Origin: a virus
Reading direction: 5' to 3' (one strand)
Virus record (IMG/VR): IMGVR_UViG_3300020439_000003
Coordinates: 1-64,000 of that record
Length of the DNA stretch: 64,000 nt
Below the pieces are notes generated by a model. The model did no database searches. It saw only the letters and a program-made list of their open reading frames with translations, and was not told the DNA's origin. Position numbers and translations under genes: made by a program. Positions 1 to 10,500 of this stretch are shown one piece after another (the first letter of the stretch is position 1; every line of letters starts with the position of its first letter).

Positions 1-3000
1 GTGGAAGTAATCGCTTGGTTGAATGTGACAGTACCCGTGACGCTGTGAGCATCCCCAGCAGCATTACCGATAGTTGTGTTGCCATCAACCGTGAGCGTTC
101 CATCAATCTGTGTATTGCCATCAACATTGAGATTACCGTCTACGTCAGCATTATCTGTGATGTTGACAGTACCGCCTGTGGAATCCAGGATTAAGTTACC
201 AGCAAGAGTGCCGATTTCATTTGCAGCATCAGTACCGATTTTCAGGTTACGAATGTTTGCTCTCTCACCAACAGTCAGTGCCTGGTTGAACTGAACAGTA
301 CCAGTGACTGTGTGAGAGTCAGAAGCAGCATTACCAAGAGTGACGTTACCGTCAACTTGGAGAGTTCCTTCTGCATAGGTATTACCAGAAGAAGCGGCAA
401 CAGTAAACTTACCGCTGTTGATATCAAAGTTATTAGTTACATCAAGGGTTCCAGTAATGTCAACATTACCACCGAAGGAACCAGCATCGCCTACAACCAG
501 ATCGTCTCCAACATAGAGATCGATACCAATACCAGCACCACCACCAACGATCAGTGCGCCAGTGCCAGCGTTAGTTGCATTTGTGCTATCAAAGAGTTTG
601 ATGCTACCAGCATCAATACCAGATCTCGTACCGTTGAATGCCTCAGAAGAGTTGGTCGCATTGTGATAGAAAGCATAGCGAGATGCAGTGGCATCCCAAC
701 CAAAGAAACCAAGTCTTGCTTGTGAATCATAGTATCTAAACTCAACACCACGGTCCTTAGCATCAGCACTGGAAGGGGCAGTGTCGCCACCCAGAGTAAT
801 GACAGGATCGTCCAGCGTAGTAACAGTAGAGTTCACCGTTGACGTAGTGCCGTTGACAGTCAGGTTTCCCTCAATGATGGCATTACCGTCTACGTCAAAG
901 TTACCATTAACAGTAACGTTATCAGTGAATGTGGATACACTGTTAACAGTAAGAGTATCGGTGTTTGCATTACCGATAGTTACGTTGTCAGTAAAGCTGG
1001 AAGGGTTGTTAAAGGTGCTAGCACCATGAACAGTCAAAGTACCAGTGCCTTGACCAGTTCTACCAATTACAGTATTACCGTTATCAAAGTCAACGGAGAA
1101 CTGAGTTACAGAAGAACCGTTGTTGATATTAAAGACTTCATTGTCGCTCTCAATAATCAGAGAGTCATAGATAGTTGTCTGACCATCGACAACCAAAGTG
1201 CTATTGAAGTCAACAGCACCGTCAACATTAAGACTACTGTCAAAGTCAACAGACTGATTGACTGTAAGGTTATCTGTGATAGTAGTATCAGAGTTAACAG
1301 TGAGGGTATCACTAGCAGCGTTACCCAGAGTAATGTTTCCATCAACTTGTAATGTTTGTTCGAGATGAACTGGACCACCTACGTCAAGAGTACCACGGAT
1401 GTCCGTAGAACCAGTGGCGGATTGAACAGTAAATTTGTCAGCACTACCGTTAGTGATCTTAAAGATCTTACCAGTGGTATCGAGAGTGATGTCATTGTGG
1501 AAGACAGCATCGTCATCCACATCGAGAGTGCTATTAAGGGTGACAGCACCATCAACATCCAGAGCGTCGTTAAAGTCAACAGCACCATGAACAGTCAGTG
1601 TACCACCCAGACCAGAACGACCAATGACAGTATTACCATTATCAGAGTCAACAGTGAATCTGTTGATGTTGCTACCATCTCTGACTCTGAATTCATGGTT
1701 AGCACCGTAGACCAGCAGGTTGCCGTCAATAGAGGTGTCGTGACCAACGTCAAGGGACCAAGCAATGGTGGTAGCACCTAAGACAGAATCAACAGTAAAC
1801 TTATCTTGACCGTATTGGTTTTGGATCTTGAAGTCATATCCATTAGCACCACCGATAGTACCGTCATCTTTCAGGATGAAGTTCTTATTAACTAGAACGT
1901 CATTATTGAATGTAGTTGTACCATCAACGTTGAGGTTTTCAGAGATGCCAACACCACCAGTGACTACCAGGGTGCCAGTTGTGGCAGATGTGGATCCTGT
2001 GTTTGTTGTGAGCCTGAGGTTACCAGCAATGAGAGGAGCGTCAGTGCCAGCATAAACTTCATTCGTGTTGGTGGCATTGTACAGGAAGCGATACCCGCCA
2101 GTGCCAGACCATATGTTGCTGTTTGCGTAATCTTCATCCCAACCAAAGAAACCAAATCTCTCTTGACTATCATAGTATCTGAACTCGATACCACGATCCT
2201 TATTGTCATCAAGTGTTAGAGTATCCTCACCTCCAAGCGTGATGATGGGATCTTGGATAGTCGTCGTGACACTGTTAACAGTAGTAGTTGTACCATCAAC
2301 TTGCAGGTCACCACGGATCTGTACCAGACCAGTTACGTCGTCATCATCATTAGGATCCAACACCATTGTAGCGTTGGTGGTGGACAGAACGTTGTCTTGG
2401 AAGTGGTAGTCCTCTACGTTCACTCTGCTGTCTACATGAGTAGCAGAGATAGTAATATCATTTTCAGCAGTAATGTTGATGAGCGCATCACCACCGCCAG
2501 CGTTAGTGGCATTGATCAGCAGGGTGCGATCAGCAGCATTGTTTTGAGTGTGCTGGAACGTCAGGTTGCCGTCGCCAGTCTTATCCAGTTTCTGAGTAAC
2601 TGTTCCATCAAGAGTAATATCAGGATCACTGAAATAGGAACGGACGTTGACATCAATCTCACCAGCGCCACTGTCCCCTGTATTGTTAGCGCCAAACAGA
2701 AGATTACCGCTCGTATCGTTAACTTTAACGTAGTTAAGATAATTGAATCCTCTGTATCCAGTGGTTGCAGTAAGTTCTTGATCAAGTTCAAAATTCTCAA
2801 CGGTGTTACCGTCAGCGAAACCAATACGATTGTTTTGCAGTTGCAGGTTATCAACACCACGTTCTGCAATCTTTACATAACCACCTTGGATGCTGTTAGC
2901 AGAATCCCATGCCGTTACATCAAAGTCTTCTTGGGAGAAGGATGCAAGACCCTTCTGGGGAGTCAGAGCAGATCCGAGATATCTCCAAGATCCTGTATCA

Positions 3001-3995
3001 CTGGTGTCTGTGTGTGTAGGTTCACCGCCGCCAGCGTTAATAGGAAGGATAGCCTCATACAGGCGATCATTCGAGTTCTTGACCTTATCATATCGAACGT
3101 ATGCAGTAGCATTATCATAAACAGGTGCCAGAGTACCCTCTCTTGCAGTAGAGATAGGTGCAGTAACGGCATAGGTCAGACGACCATATCTGTCAACAGT
3201 AAACTCAGTAGTGTTAACAGTCTGGTGAATAGAACCAGATTCAGCAACAGAAGTTTCTGGTTGATCCAGAGATACAGAACCAGTAGGGTTGTAAGATCCA
3301 ACCACAACAGGAGTATCAGCAAGACCGATCAGTGGGTTTGCTGATTGTGCATTACCATTAGAGACGACCAACTGACCAGGTTGACCAGTAATGTTTCTGG
3401 TAACAAGAGTACCAGCACCACTACGTGCAATGAGACCAATAGTTGTGAGACCTGCCAGTGCTGTCAGTTCAGGGTCAACGATCTGAGCGTCAGTAATACC
3501 ATACCCTGCCAACGTAGTTGGGTTAGAACCCGTGACCACACGACCACGAGAGTCAATGGTCAACTGTGTATAGACACCAGTAGCAGATAGGTCTTCTGCA
3601 TCATAGTGAGGCAGACCAGGTTGATAGTTCAGTTCTGCCGTGATGTTGATGTTGGCAGAACCATCAAACTGAGCAGAACCTGACATGTCACCCGTTAGGG
3701 TGAAAGATCTAGCGTTAGCAAGTCTAGTTGCCGTTGCGGCGTTACCGATAAGTGAAGCAGTAATGGCACCTGCTTCAAAGTTACCGTCAGCGTCACGCTT
3801 GACAAGAGTATCAGCAGTATTACTTTCTGTTTCTAGTGGTCGCTCATATTTCAATGAGTTCCATGGCGTCACGCCATCGCCGATTTTCAGACGTGAGGTA
3901 TCAAGCTCGATACCAAGTTCGCCTTGGGCAAGGATTGGGTTGACGTTCGCCCACTGCTGTGCGCCGTCACGTCTTAGTTGGATTCTATTTGCCAT
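1..3995 (-). CDS. Long tail fibre / adhesin, partial (3' end lies beyond the window), with Mtd_N-like N-terminal domain
   Basis: Absent from the ORF track because no stop codon falls in the window. ATG at 3995 translates as MANRIQLRRDGAQQWANVNPILAQGELGIELDTSRLKIGDGVTPWNSLKY, an Mtd_N/hyaluronidase-type fibre N-terminus. G/T/D/V-rich fibre repeats follow, and a TATAAATA promoter lies about 40 nt upstream. Confidence 0.85.
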   Translation of the reverse strand, partial: MANRIQLRRDGAQQWANVNPILAQGELGIELDTSRLKIGDGVTPWNSLKYERPLETESNTADTLVKRDADGNFEAGAITASLIGNAATATRLANARSFTLTGDMSGSAQFDGSANINITAELNYQPGLPHYDAEDLSATGVYTQLTIDSRGRVVTGSNPTTLAGYGITDAQIVDPELTALAGLTTIGLIARSGAGTLVTRNITGQPGQLVVSNGNAQSANPLIGLADTPVVVGSYNPTGSVSLDQPETSVAESGSIHQTVNTTEFTVDRYGRLTYAVTAPISTAREGTLAPVYDNATAYVRYDKVKNSNDRLYEAILPINAGGGEPTHTDTSDTGSWRYLGSALTPQKGLASFSQEDFDVTAWDSANSIQGGYVKIAERGVDNLQLQNNRIGFADGNTVENFELDQELTATTGYRGFNYLNYVKVNDTSGNLLFGANNTGDSGAGEIDVNVRSYFSDPDITLDGTVTQKLDKTGDGNLTFQHTQNNAADRTLLINATNAGGGDALINITAENDITISATHVDSRVNVEDYHFQDNVLSTTNATMVLDPNDDDDVTGLVQIRGDLQVDGTTTTVNSVTTTIQDPIITLGGEDTLTLDDNKDRGIEFRYYDSQERFGFFGWDEDYANSNIWSGTGGYRFLYNATNTNEVYAGTDAPLIAGNLRLTTNTGSTSATTGTLVVTGGVGISENLNVDGTTTFNNDVLVNKNFILKDDGTIGGANGYDFKIQNQYGQDKFTVDSVLGATTIAWSLDVGHDTSIDGNLLVYGANHEFRVRDGSNINRFTVDSDNGNTVIGRSGLGGTLTVHGAVDFNDALDVDGAVTLNSTLDVDDDAVFHNDITLDTTGKIFKITNGSADKFTVQSATGSTDIRGTLDVGGPVHLEQTLQVDGNITLGNAASDTLTVNSDTTITDNLTVNQSVDFDSSLNVDGAVDFNSTLVVDGQTTIYDSLIIESDNEVFNINNGSSVTQFSVDFDNGNTVIGRTGQGTGTLTVHGASTFNNPSSFTDNVTIGNANTDTLTVNSVSTFTDNVTVNGNFDVDGNAIIEGNLTVNGTTSTVNSTVTTLDDPVITLGGDTAPSSADAKDRGVEFRYYDSQARLGFFGWDATASRYAFYHNATNSSEAFNGTRSGIDAGSIKLFDSTNATNAGTGALIVGGGAGIGIDLYVGDDLVVGDAGSFGGNVDITGTLDVTNNFDINSGKFTVAASSGNTYAEGTLQVDGNVTLGNAASDSHTVTGTVQFNQALTVGERANIRNLKIGTDAANEIGTLAGNLILDSTGGTVNITDNADVDGNLNVDGNTQIDGTLTVDGNTTIGNAAGDAHSVTGTVTFNQAITS

Positions 3996-4034
3996 TGCTT
4001 ATTAAACGCTAGCAGGGTCAGGTGTCTCTTTGTT

Positions 4035-4042
4035 TATTTATA
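4035..4042 (-). promoter_or_regulatory. T4-type late promoter TATAAATA
   Basis: The plus strand reads TATTTATA, an exact match to the T4 gp55 late consensus, upstream of the fibre gene. Confidence 0.85.
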
Positions 4043-4045
4043 GCC

Positions 4046-4074
4046 AAAACAAAAGAGGACCCGAAGGTCCTCTT
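4046..4074 (-). terminator. Rho-independent terminator with cUUCGg tetraloop
   Basis: The minus strand reads AAGAGGACC-TTCG-GGTCCTCTT-TTGTTTT, directly after the stop at 4079. Confidence 0.9.
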
Positions 4075-4078
4075 ACGT

Positions 4079-4306
4079 TCATTCTTCGGTTGTTTCTTCT
4101 TCGTTTGCCTCTGCTACGCCCTCTGGTGTGTGGGGATAGAGATAATCGAGAGTCTCGATTGCTCCGAGAAGTTTAAGTGCGGTTGTTTCGTTTTCCTTGA
4201 TCTTGTTTGCGAGTTCCTTGTTCTGGTTCAGCAGATCTTGATAACGAGTCTTGAAACCATTTAGCAGATCCGATGGGGACTGCTGTTCAGTAACATCAGC
4301 GGTCAT
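4079..4306 (-). CDS. Small acidic coiled-coil hypothetical protein
   Basis: 75 aa, coupled to the upstream gene by an ATGA overlap; heptad-like central region. Confidence 0.75.
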   Translation of the reverse strand: MTADVTEQQSPSDLLNGFKTRYQDLLNQNKELANKIKENETTALKLLGAIETLDYLYPHTPEGVAEANEEETTEE

Positions 4307-4551
4307 TTGTTCTCCTTGATAAAGTCAATCAGTAATTTTTTAATGTCTGACACATCAGATTTTAGTCCATTTACCTCATCTTGTAAAGAGGCAAACTCCT
4401 TCTTCTTCCGTTGTCTTTCATTATACGACTGCATGTATTTAGCATACTCATCTTGGTCCTTATATACGATAGCATTTGATTGCATATCACGATAGAACCC
4501 TTTGTTTTCGTCCCCTTCAACGGGGACGAATTTCTTTCCACTAAACGTCAT
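4303..4551 (-). CDS. Hypothetical protein with C-terminal coiled coil
   Basis: 82 aa, ATGA overlap with the VrlC stop; C-terminal LQDEVNGLKSDVSDIKKLL. Confidence 0.8.
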   Translation of the reverse strand: MTFSGKKFVPVEGDENKGFYRDMQSNAIVYKDQDEYAKYMQSYNERQRKKKEFASLQDEVNGLKSDVSDIKKLLIDFIKENK

Positions 4552-7500
4552 GATGCGAAGGCAATAGCACGAAGGTCTTTGATCAATGGCACTTTCGCTT
4601 GGTTCTTAGACTTCATCACGATCTTGATTTGGAATGCTTGGAACTCTTCACCTTCAACGGTGTATTCAAAGTCTTCCCATTCTTCCTCACCGACGTTAGA
4701 AGATCCAACCTCAGGTACAGGAACCTTGATGAAACCACTCTCTTGGATAGGTTTGTCAGAACCAGGTTTTCTAGTACGATAGTATACATCGATATTAGAA
4801 TCACCAAAGCGTTGCATGGAGATCATCAGACGGATAGATCTAGACACGTTTGCAAGTTGTGCAATCTTAGTTAGATAAACGGCGTCGTTCTGATCACCTT
4901 GGTTAAGGAGTGACACGTCAGAGGTGGTATCGATCTCAGATTGGAGACCCAACACTTGCGGTCCACCTGGCCATTGGTTGATACGGTTGGAAGTTGTGAT
5001 GACAGACACACGGTCAAGGTCAATCACAGGAGAAAGGTTTTCTTTCTCAGTAGTCATGCTGATTCTAAGAGTCAGAGACTTGGAACCTTCCAGTTTGTTT
5101 GCTTCGTTGATGTCAGAGGCAATAATACGAGGATTATCGTAGTAGTTCTCTTCGTTCAACTGAATCTCATCGTAGGTGCCATTATTCACGAACGATGCTT
5201 GGTCAACGATCTGACCGCCATCACCGATAGATGTACCAGAAGTGGTATTCAATGTAGGTGAAATGTCAGTTTCTTTGAATTGCAGAATCTGAATCGTAGG
5301 AGTGATGAGTTCAAACGGAATGTTCTGTGAAGCAGAAACGTTTGGACCACCAGTTACAATACCGACACTAGCAACAGACTGTGTGGTGATGGAGTAGGTA
5401 TCCAGAGTAGGATCACCAATGCCAGTGTGGACCTTGTTGATCTCTGTCAGTGGAATACCGTCAAGATTATAACATTGAACCACTGTCTCTGCGTCCCAAC
5501 TGAGAGCAGCACCAGTATTCATAACATCAGAAGTAATACCACGTCCAGAAGGAGCAACGGTGATTTCTTTACCGTTATCAGAGATAGCAGAGTAAGCGAT
5601 GATCTCCTTCTTCTCAATAACGTGCATCACACAACGCCATGCCTCAGTAGCATCATCATCACCACCAGGAGGAGTTGGAGGTCTAAGACCAGTTGCCTTC
5701 TGATCTTCACCAACCAGCATCAGATATCCAGGGTTGGTGGTACTGATGGGTTTGCCGTTGATAACTTTATGGAAGGATCCAGCATTAGCAACAGAAAGTG
5801 TAGTTGCAGTAGACGACAAGTTAGAAGTAAGGGTAGTTGATCCGACTTCGGATTCGACATTCTTAATCTCAACGTTGTTAGATCTGTTATGCATACCGTG
5901 GTTAGGATGCGCGACCACAACCTTCTTATCAACTGTTCTCAACGATGGTTGGGAAACAGGATATGCAGTATACGAGTCGCCAGAGTACGAAGCAGAACTG
6001 ATAGTGCCAGAAACACCACCAGGCTCAGACAGAGTGTCGTTAGCGGTATCGAACTGCTTGTCAACATAGTTTGCGGTAATAGTAGATGTGCCAGAATCAT
6101 AGGCAGTAACCGTAGCGGTTGCGCCTGATGAAGAACCAGTAATCACATCACCTGCTTCAAACGTACCGTTGTTCACAGTGGACATTACCAGAGATACAGT
6201 AGACTGAGAAGATTTCAGACCGTTGGTAATGTTGTTTTGGTTATCAACGATACCTTGTACAAAGGTTCCAGTGATGTCGGTTACGGTTAGTTTTTGTGGG
6301 TTAGATACTGAATCAAATTCCAACACAGTTGCCTGAGCATTAGAAGGAGTTTGAATCAATCGGGCACCAACAGTGAAGTTGTAAGAGGTGCCAGTAACAA
6401 GAGTGATTTCTTGCTTAGGTTGAATTGTACTGATTGGGTTATTGATCAGTGATGCAAGACCATCGTTACCAGGTCCAAGTTGTGCGTTGTTAAACACAGC
6501 ACTACCAGTGACGTTAGTATCGAACTTCGCTCTATAAAGATTGAACTTCAAGTCTTCATACTGGTCAGCGGTCCACGTAGATGCGTTCTGTGATTTGAAG
6601 AGCACACCAGCGTAAGGCTGTTCAGAGATCGTTCTTGTACCAGTGATATCGATGTCACCCATACGTGAGATCCAGACCTTATATTCGTTAGAGTCGGAGA
6701 ACAGCACGAAGCAATGTTCTTCGGACTCAGGGATATACACAGGTGCTGGGAAGACAAATCTCGTTGCAATCGATGCGTTCTCAGAGATTTCAACCTGAGA
6801 AGGAATCAGAGTACAGTCAGAGAAAGGAAGGATGTCCTTAGTAGGATAACCATTTTCCATCGGACGGATCTGCATTGAGATGGGGATCTTCTGGTCCTTA
6901 GTAGCGAAGAAGATATCAACGCCAGTTACAAACGAACCACCAACTGCTTCAAGCAGGAAGGATTGTGCGAGAGGGTCCCACCAACCAACCTGTCTGGTGT
7001 TGGTACGAACAGAACGAACGGTTCTTCTGTCTCTAACAGTATCACGAACGATACGAGCATTACGAACAGCAAGGATGTTTTCTTGAACAGTGTTCAGAGT
7101 ACCTCTTGCGCTGTATTCTGCCTCAGCAGCAGAGTCAACTGCACCTGGCAGTCTGCTATCGGTCTCAGAAGAAGTGAGACGCATCACACGAGTACCAGTT
7201 GCCCAACGTGGGTTGGAGTTTCTTCGGGGGTTAGGAATAAAGAACGTACCTTTAACGATACCCAACAAGTCAGAGATCAGACGACGATCCTTAACAACTG
7301 CACGAGCACCAGAGGTTCTACCAACCAGAACTTCACCAACTGCAACGTTACCATATGCAGCACCCTGAGTTTGGGCTGCCATTCTATTGATATCAATGTT
7401 CAGGATAGGAGTCTGCGATGCATAAGAATCAGGCAGAGTGTCATTGGTAGAAGTATATGGGTTAGTAGTCAGACCATCGTTAGGAGCAACAACTCTCAGA

Positions 7501-10500
7501 CGGCAACCAGAGTTCAAACCAATAACAGTTTCACCAATCACAAAAGGAGTCTCATTGGTTGAAGGATCCTCAGAGGAGTTCTTAACCAGTTCGATCAGTT
7601 TAGGAGTGATGTACTGCATCACGTTATCACCATCGAAGAAGCAATACATTCTGGTCTTCGGCTTGATGCGCTCCACGTCAAAGGCGACGTTACGGGAGCG
7701 GATCCATGGGATAAATGTACTATCGATCACGCTATCGCCCAGTGAACGTCTATCCACTCTGGGCACAACTCTAATACGAGTACCAGATCTTACTTGACGA
7801 CGTGTCGTGACAGTAGTCTGAGAACGCATCACACGTCTCGGTACACCACGACGGAATGAGGTTTCTCTCCAAGTACGACCGTTAGTTCTTCTAGTACCAG
7901 TCCAAGCAGTTCTCCAAGCACGCCACTGAACAGGGGCAAAACCTCTGTTGTTAGTTCTAAATCTACGACGAGTTGCTTGGAAGTTACCTTCAATACTGGT
8001 CACACGAGCAGGAACACGGCGAGTGTCAACCCAGTCGTCAGATGCAGGAAGAAGGTCAATACGACCAATGAAGGTAAACACGTTGAACGGGTTCACGTTT
8101 TCCATACGAGAAGCGTATGGCTGAACGATCACTGCTTCTTCAACGAATGGTAGGGTCAGAATGTTTGCACCGCCCTTACCTCTACGGAGGAGTCTATCTC
8201 CATGGAAGACAACGTTGGACGATCCTGTCTTATTGAATTCCAGTGATACATTCTGAGTAAAGTGAGAAGGACGCAGAACACCCTCAGTAAAGTCCAGCGA
8301 ACACTTGTAGTCATCATCCTCAGTTGCTGATGTGGAGTGGTCGGTGAAATCATCCACCATGAAACCATTCTTCAATCTATCGAAACCATCACCATCATAT
8401 GCTTTGACGTTTCTAGCATCTGTTTCGAGTAGAGACAGAGAGGTGTAGTATTCAAGAGACTGCAAGCGGCGGTCCATGTTACCGATGTCTTCCATCGTGT
8501 AACGACGCTGCTGGTGCAGTGTAATTAGAATGTCTTCTTCAACATCATACACATATGGTTCGTACTGGATCTTCGCCAGCAACATAGCGTTATCGATGTT
8601 GTCTGCCTCTGGGGGATCTTCATTAGGAACACCCATAGACAGTTTAAGTTCACCATCATGCGTCATGAACAGTTTGTCCTGACGTGGCAGATAGTATTCG
8701 TAATCTGCTCTGAATTGTTCTTCTACCTTAGGAAGGTTAAAGATGGTTGAACCACCAGCACCACCAGTGCTAGTAAAGACACGAGAATCGAAGTCAAGTG
8801 ATTTACAGTTGGTGTAGTAAGGTTGCTCAACAGTACCAGAACCAGAAGCAAGTTCACCAACAGCAGGACGGAAGTCGATAGCGTCAGTCAGATCCTTACT
8901 ATTACGTTCGGTACGATACTTAGGAATCTCAGAGAAGTTGATACCAGTGTAAGACTGGTTAGAGAAGTAATCACCTGATGCTTCATGAATAAAGTAGTCG
9001 AATACAACTGCCAACTTACGCTTGGGTTCAGATGTACCTGCCTTACGAATCAATTTAGACACACCATAGAAGAAGGGTGTGATGTTGGGTTCCAGTTCAA
9101 AGTTACCAGTGATGTCCCTAGAACCTTTCTCAACAGAACCATCGCCGTCTTCAATAACAGCAACCAGTTTGTTCAGTTCGTCATCGAAACCATCAATAGT
9201 TTCACCAGTCTGGAATGTTTCAGCACTCAGGTTGACAATGTAAAGTCTATTGTTATTTGAGTTGAATGATACAACACGACCTCTGGCATTAGAAGTTCTA
9301 CCCACAACAACAGAACCGTTGTCGAAGTATACGTTCTCTGTCAGCACCACATAGGGGACTTGTGCGTCTTGCTCATCGGTAGATTCGTATACAGCATGAA
9401 GCTTGTATACATCGTTCAATGCAAATGAGATCTCCTCGTCTTCAATACGAGTACCATACAGGTTACCGAAGGAGAGACCGTAGTTCAAAACATCGTTCTG
9501 GTTTCTAGTACGAATCACCTTCATCGTACGCATCTTCGCCGCAGTCTTAATCTTCTTAGATACCGTGTTCACAGACACAGCAGCAGTAAGAGTTACTCGG
9601 GAGATGTTAGACGTACCACCAGAACCATTGTTGATACCAGTGATTTGAAGAGACTGTCTGTTAGCACCGAAACTTACAGAGATAGTAGGATTCTGTTTTT
9701 CAGACTCATTTTCAATATCAATAACAGTACCAGGACTCCAACCATATCCAGTATGAGTGTTAGAACCAGTCTCAATAGCGAGGATATAGTTCTCACCATC
9801 AAGGGTAGTAAACTGTTCGTTTTCAGGCAGTGTAAATGACACGTCACCAGAAGACAACTGCTTGTTAGCAAATGTTCTGATAGAGATGAACGATTCATCA
9901 CTGATTGCTTTGATTGCCTTCTTGGGCATATCAATCGCCAGCTCACCATCTCTGGTGTTCTTCTGAGTAAAGACAGGACGTAGACGAGTAAACTGAGTAG
10001 CGTTGTATTCTTGGTTGGCGATATTACCACCATTCTTAATCAACGAGTTATCCAGTTTTGCTTCCTGCAAACCGAAGTCAAATACAGGGGTAGTACCAGA
10101 AGACTTTCTATTCAGTGCAGTAAAACCAATGTTAGTCCCATCGATTCTTGTTACACGAAGTGAAGTGGAACCTTTGTTGTCAGTGGCGACGGGTGAGATA
10201 ACATCACCTGGGCGCAAGTCAGCGGCAAACGCAGTATCGAAACCAGTAATATCATTTGCTTTATCAACAGTAATAGTCTTACCAGTAAGAGCAATAGACT
10301 CATTCAGTGCCAAAGAAGCAGTGAAGATGATGGTGCTACCAGTTGGAGTGTCATATCCAACCAACTGACGGATATCGGACTGCTCATAAGAGAATACAGC
10401 AGCACAAGTATCCAAGACGCGACCGTCTCTTTCGATAACTTCACCAACTTGGAACTGACCAGATACCTGGTGCAGCATTGCATAGTCGGCAGCAGCAGAG

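Noticed and set aside
1-3995. Diversity-generating retroelement suggested by the Mtd_N-like fibre N-terminus
   Set aside because: No reverse transcriptase or adenine-specific TR/VR pair is visible in the window. Mtd_N-like starts are common in phage fibres.
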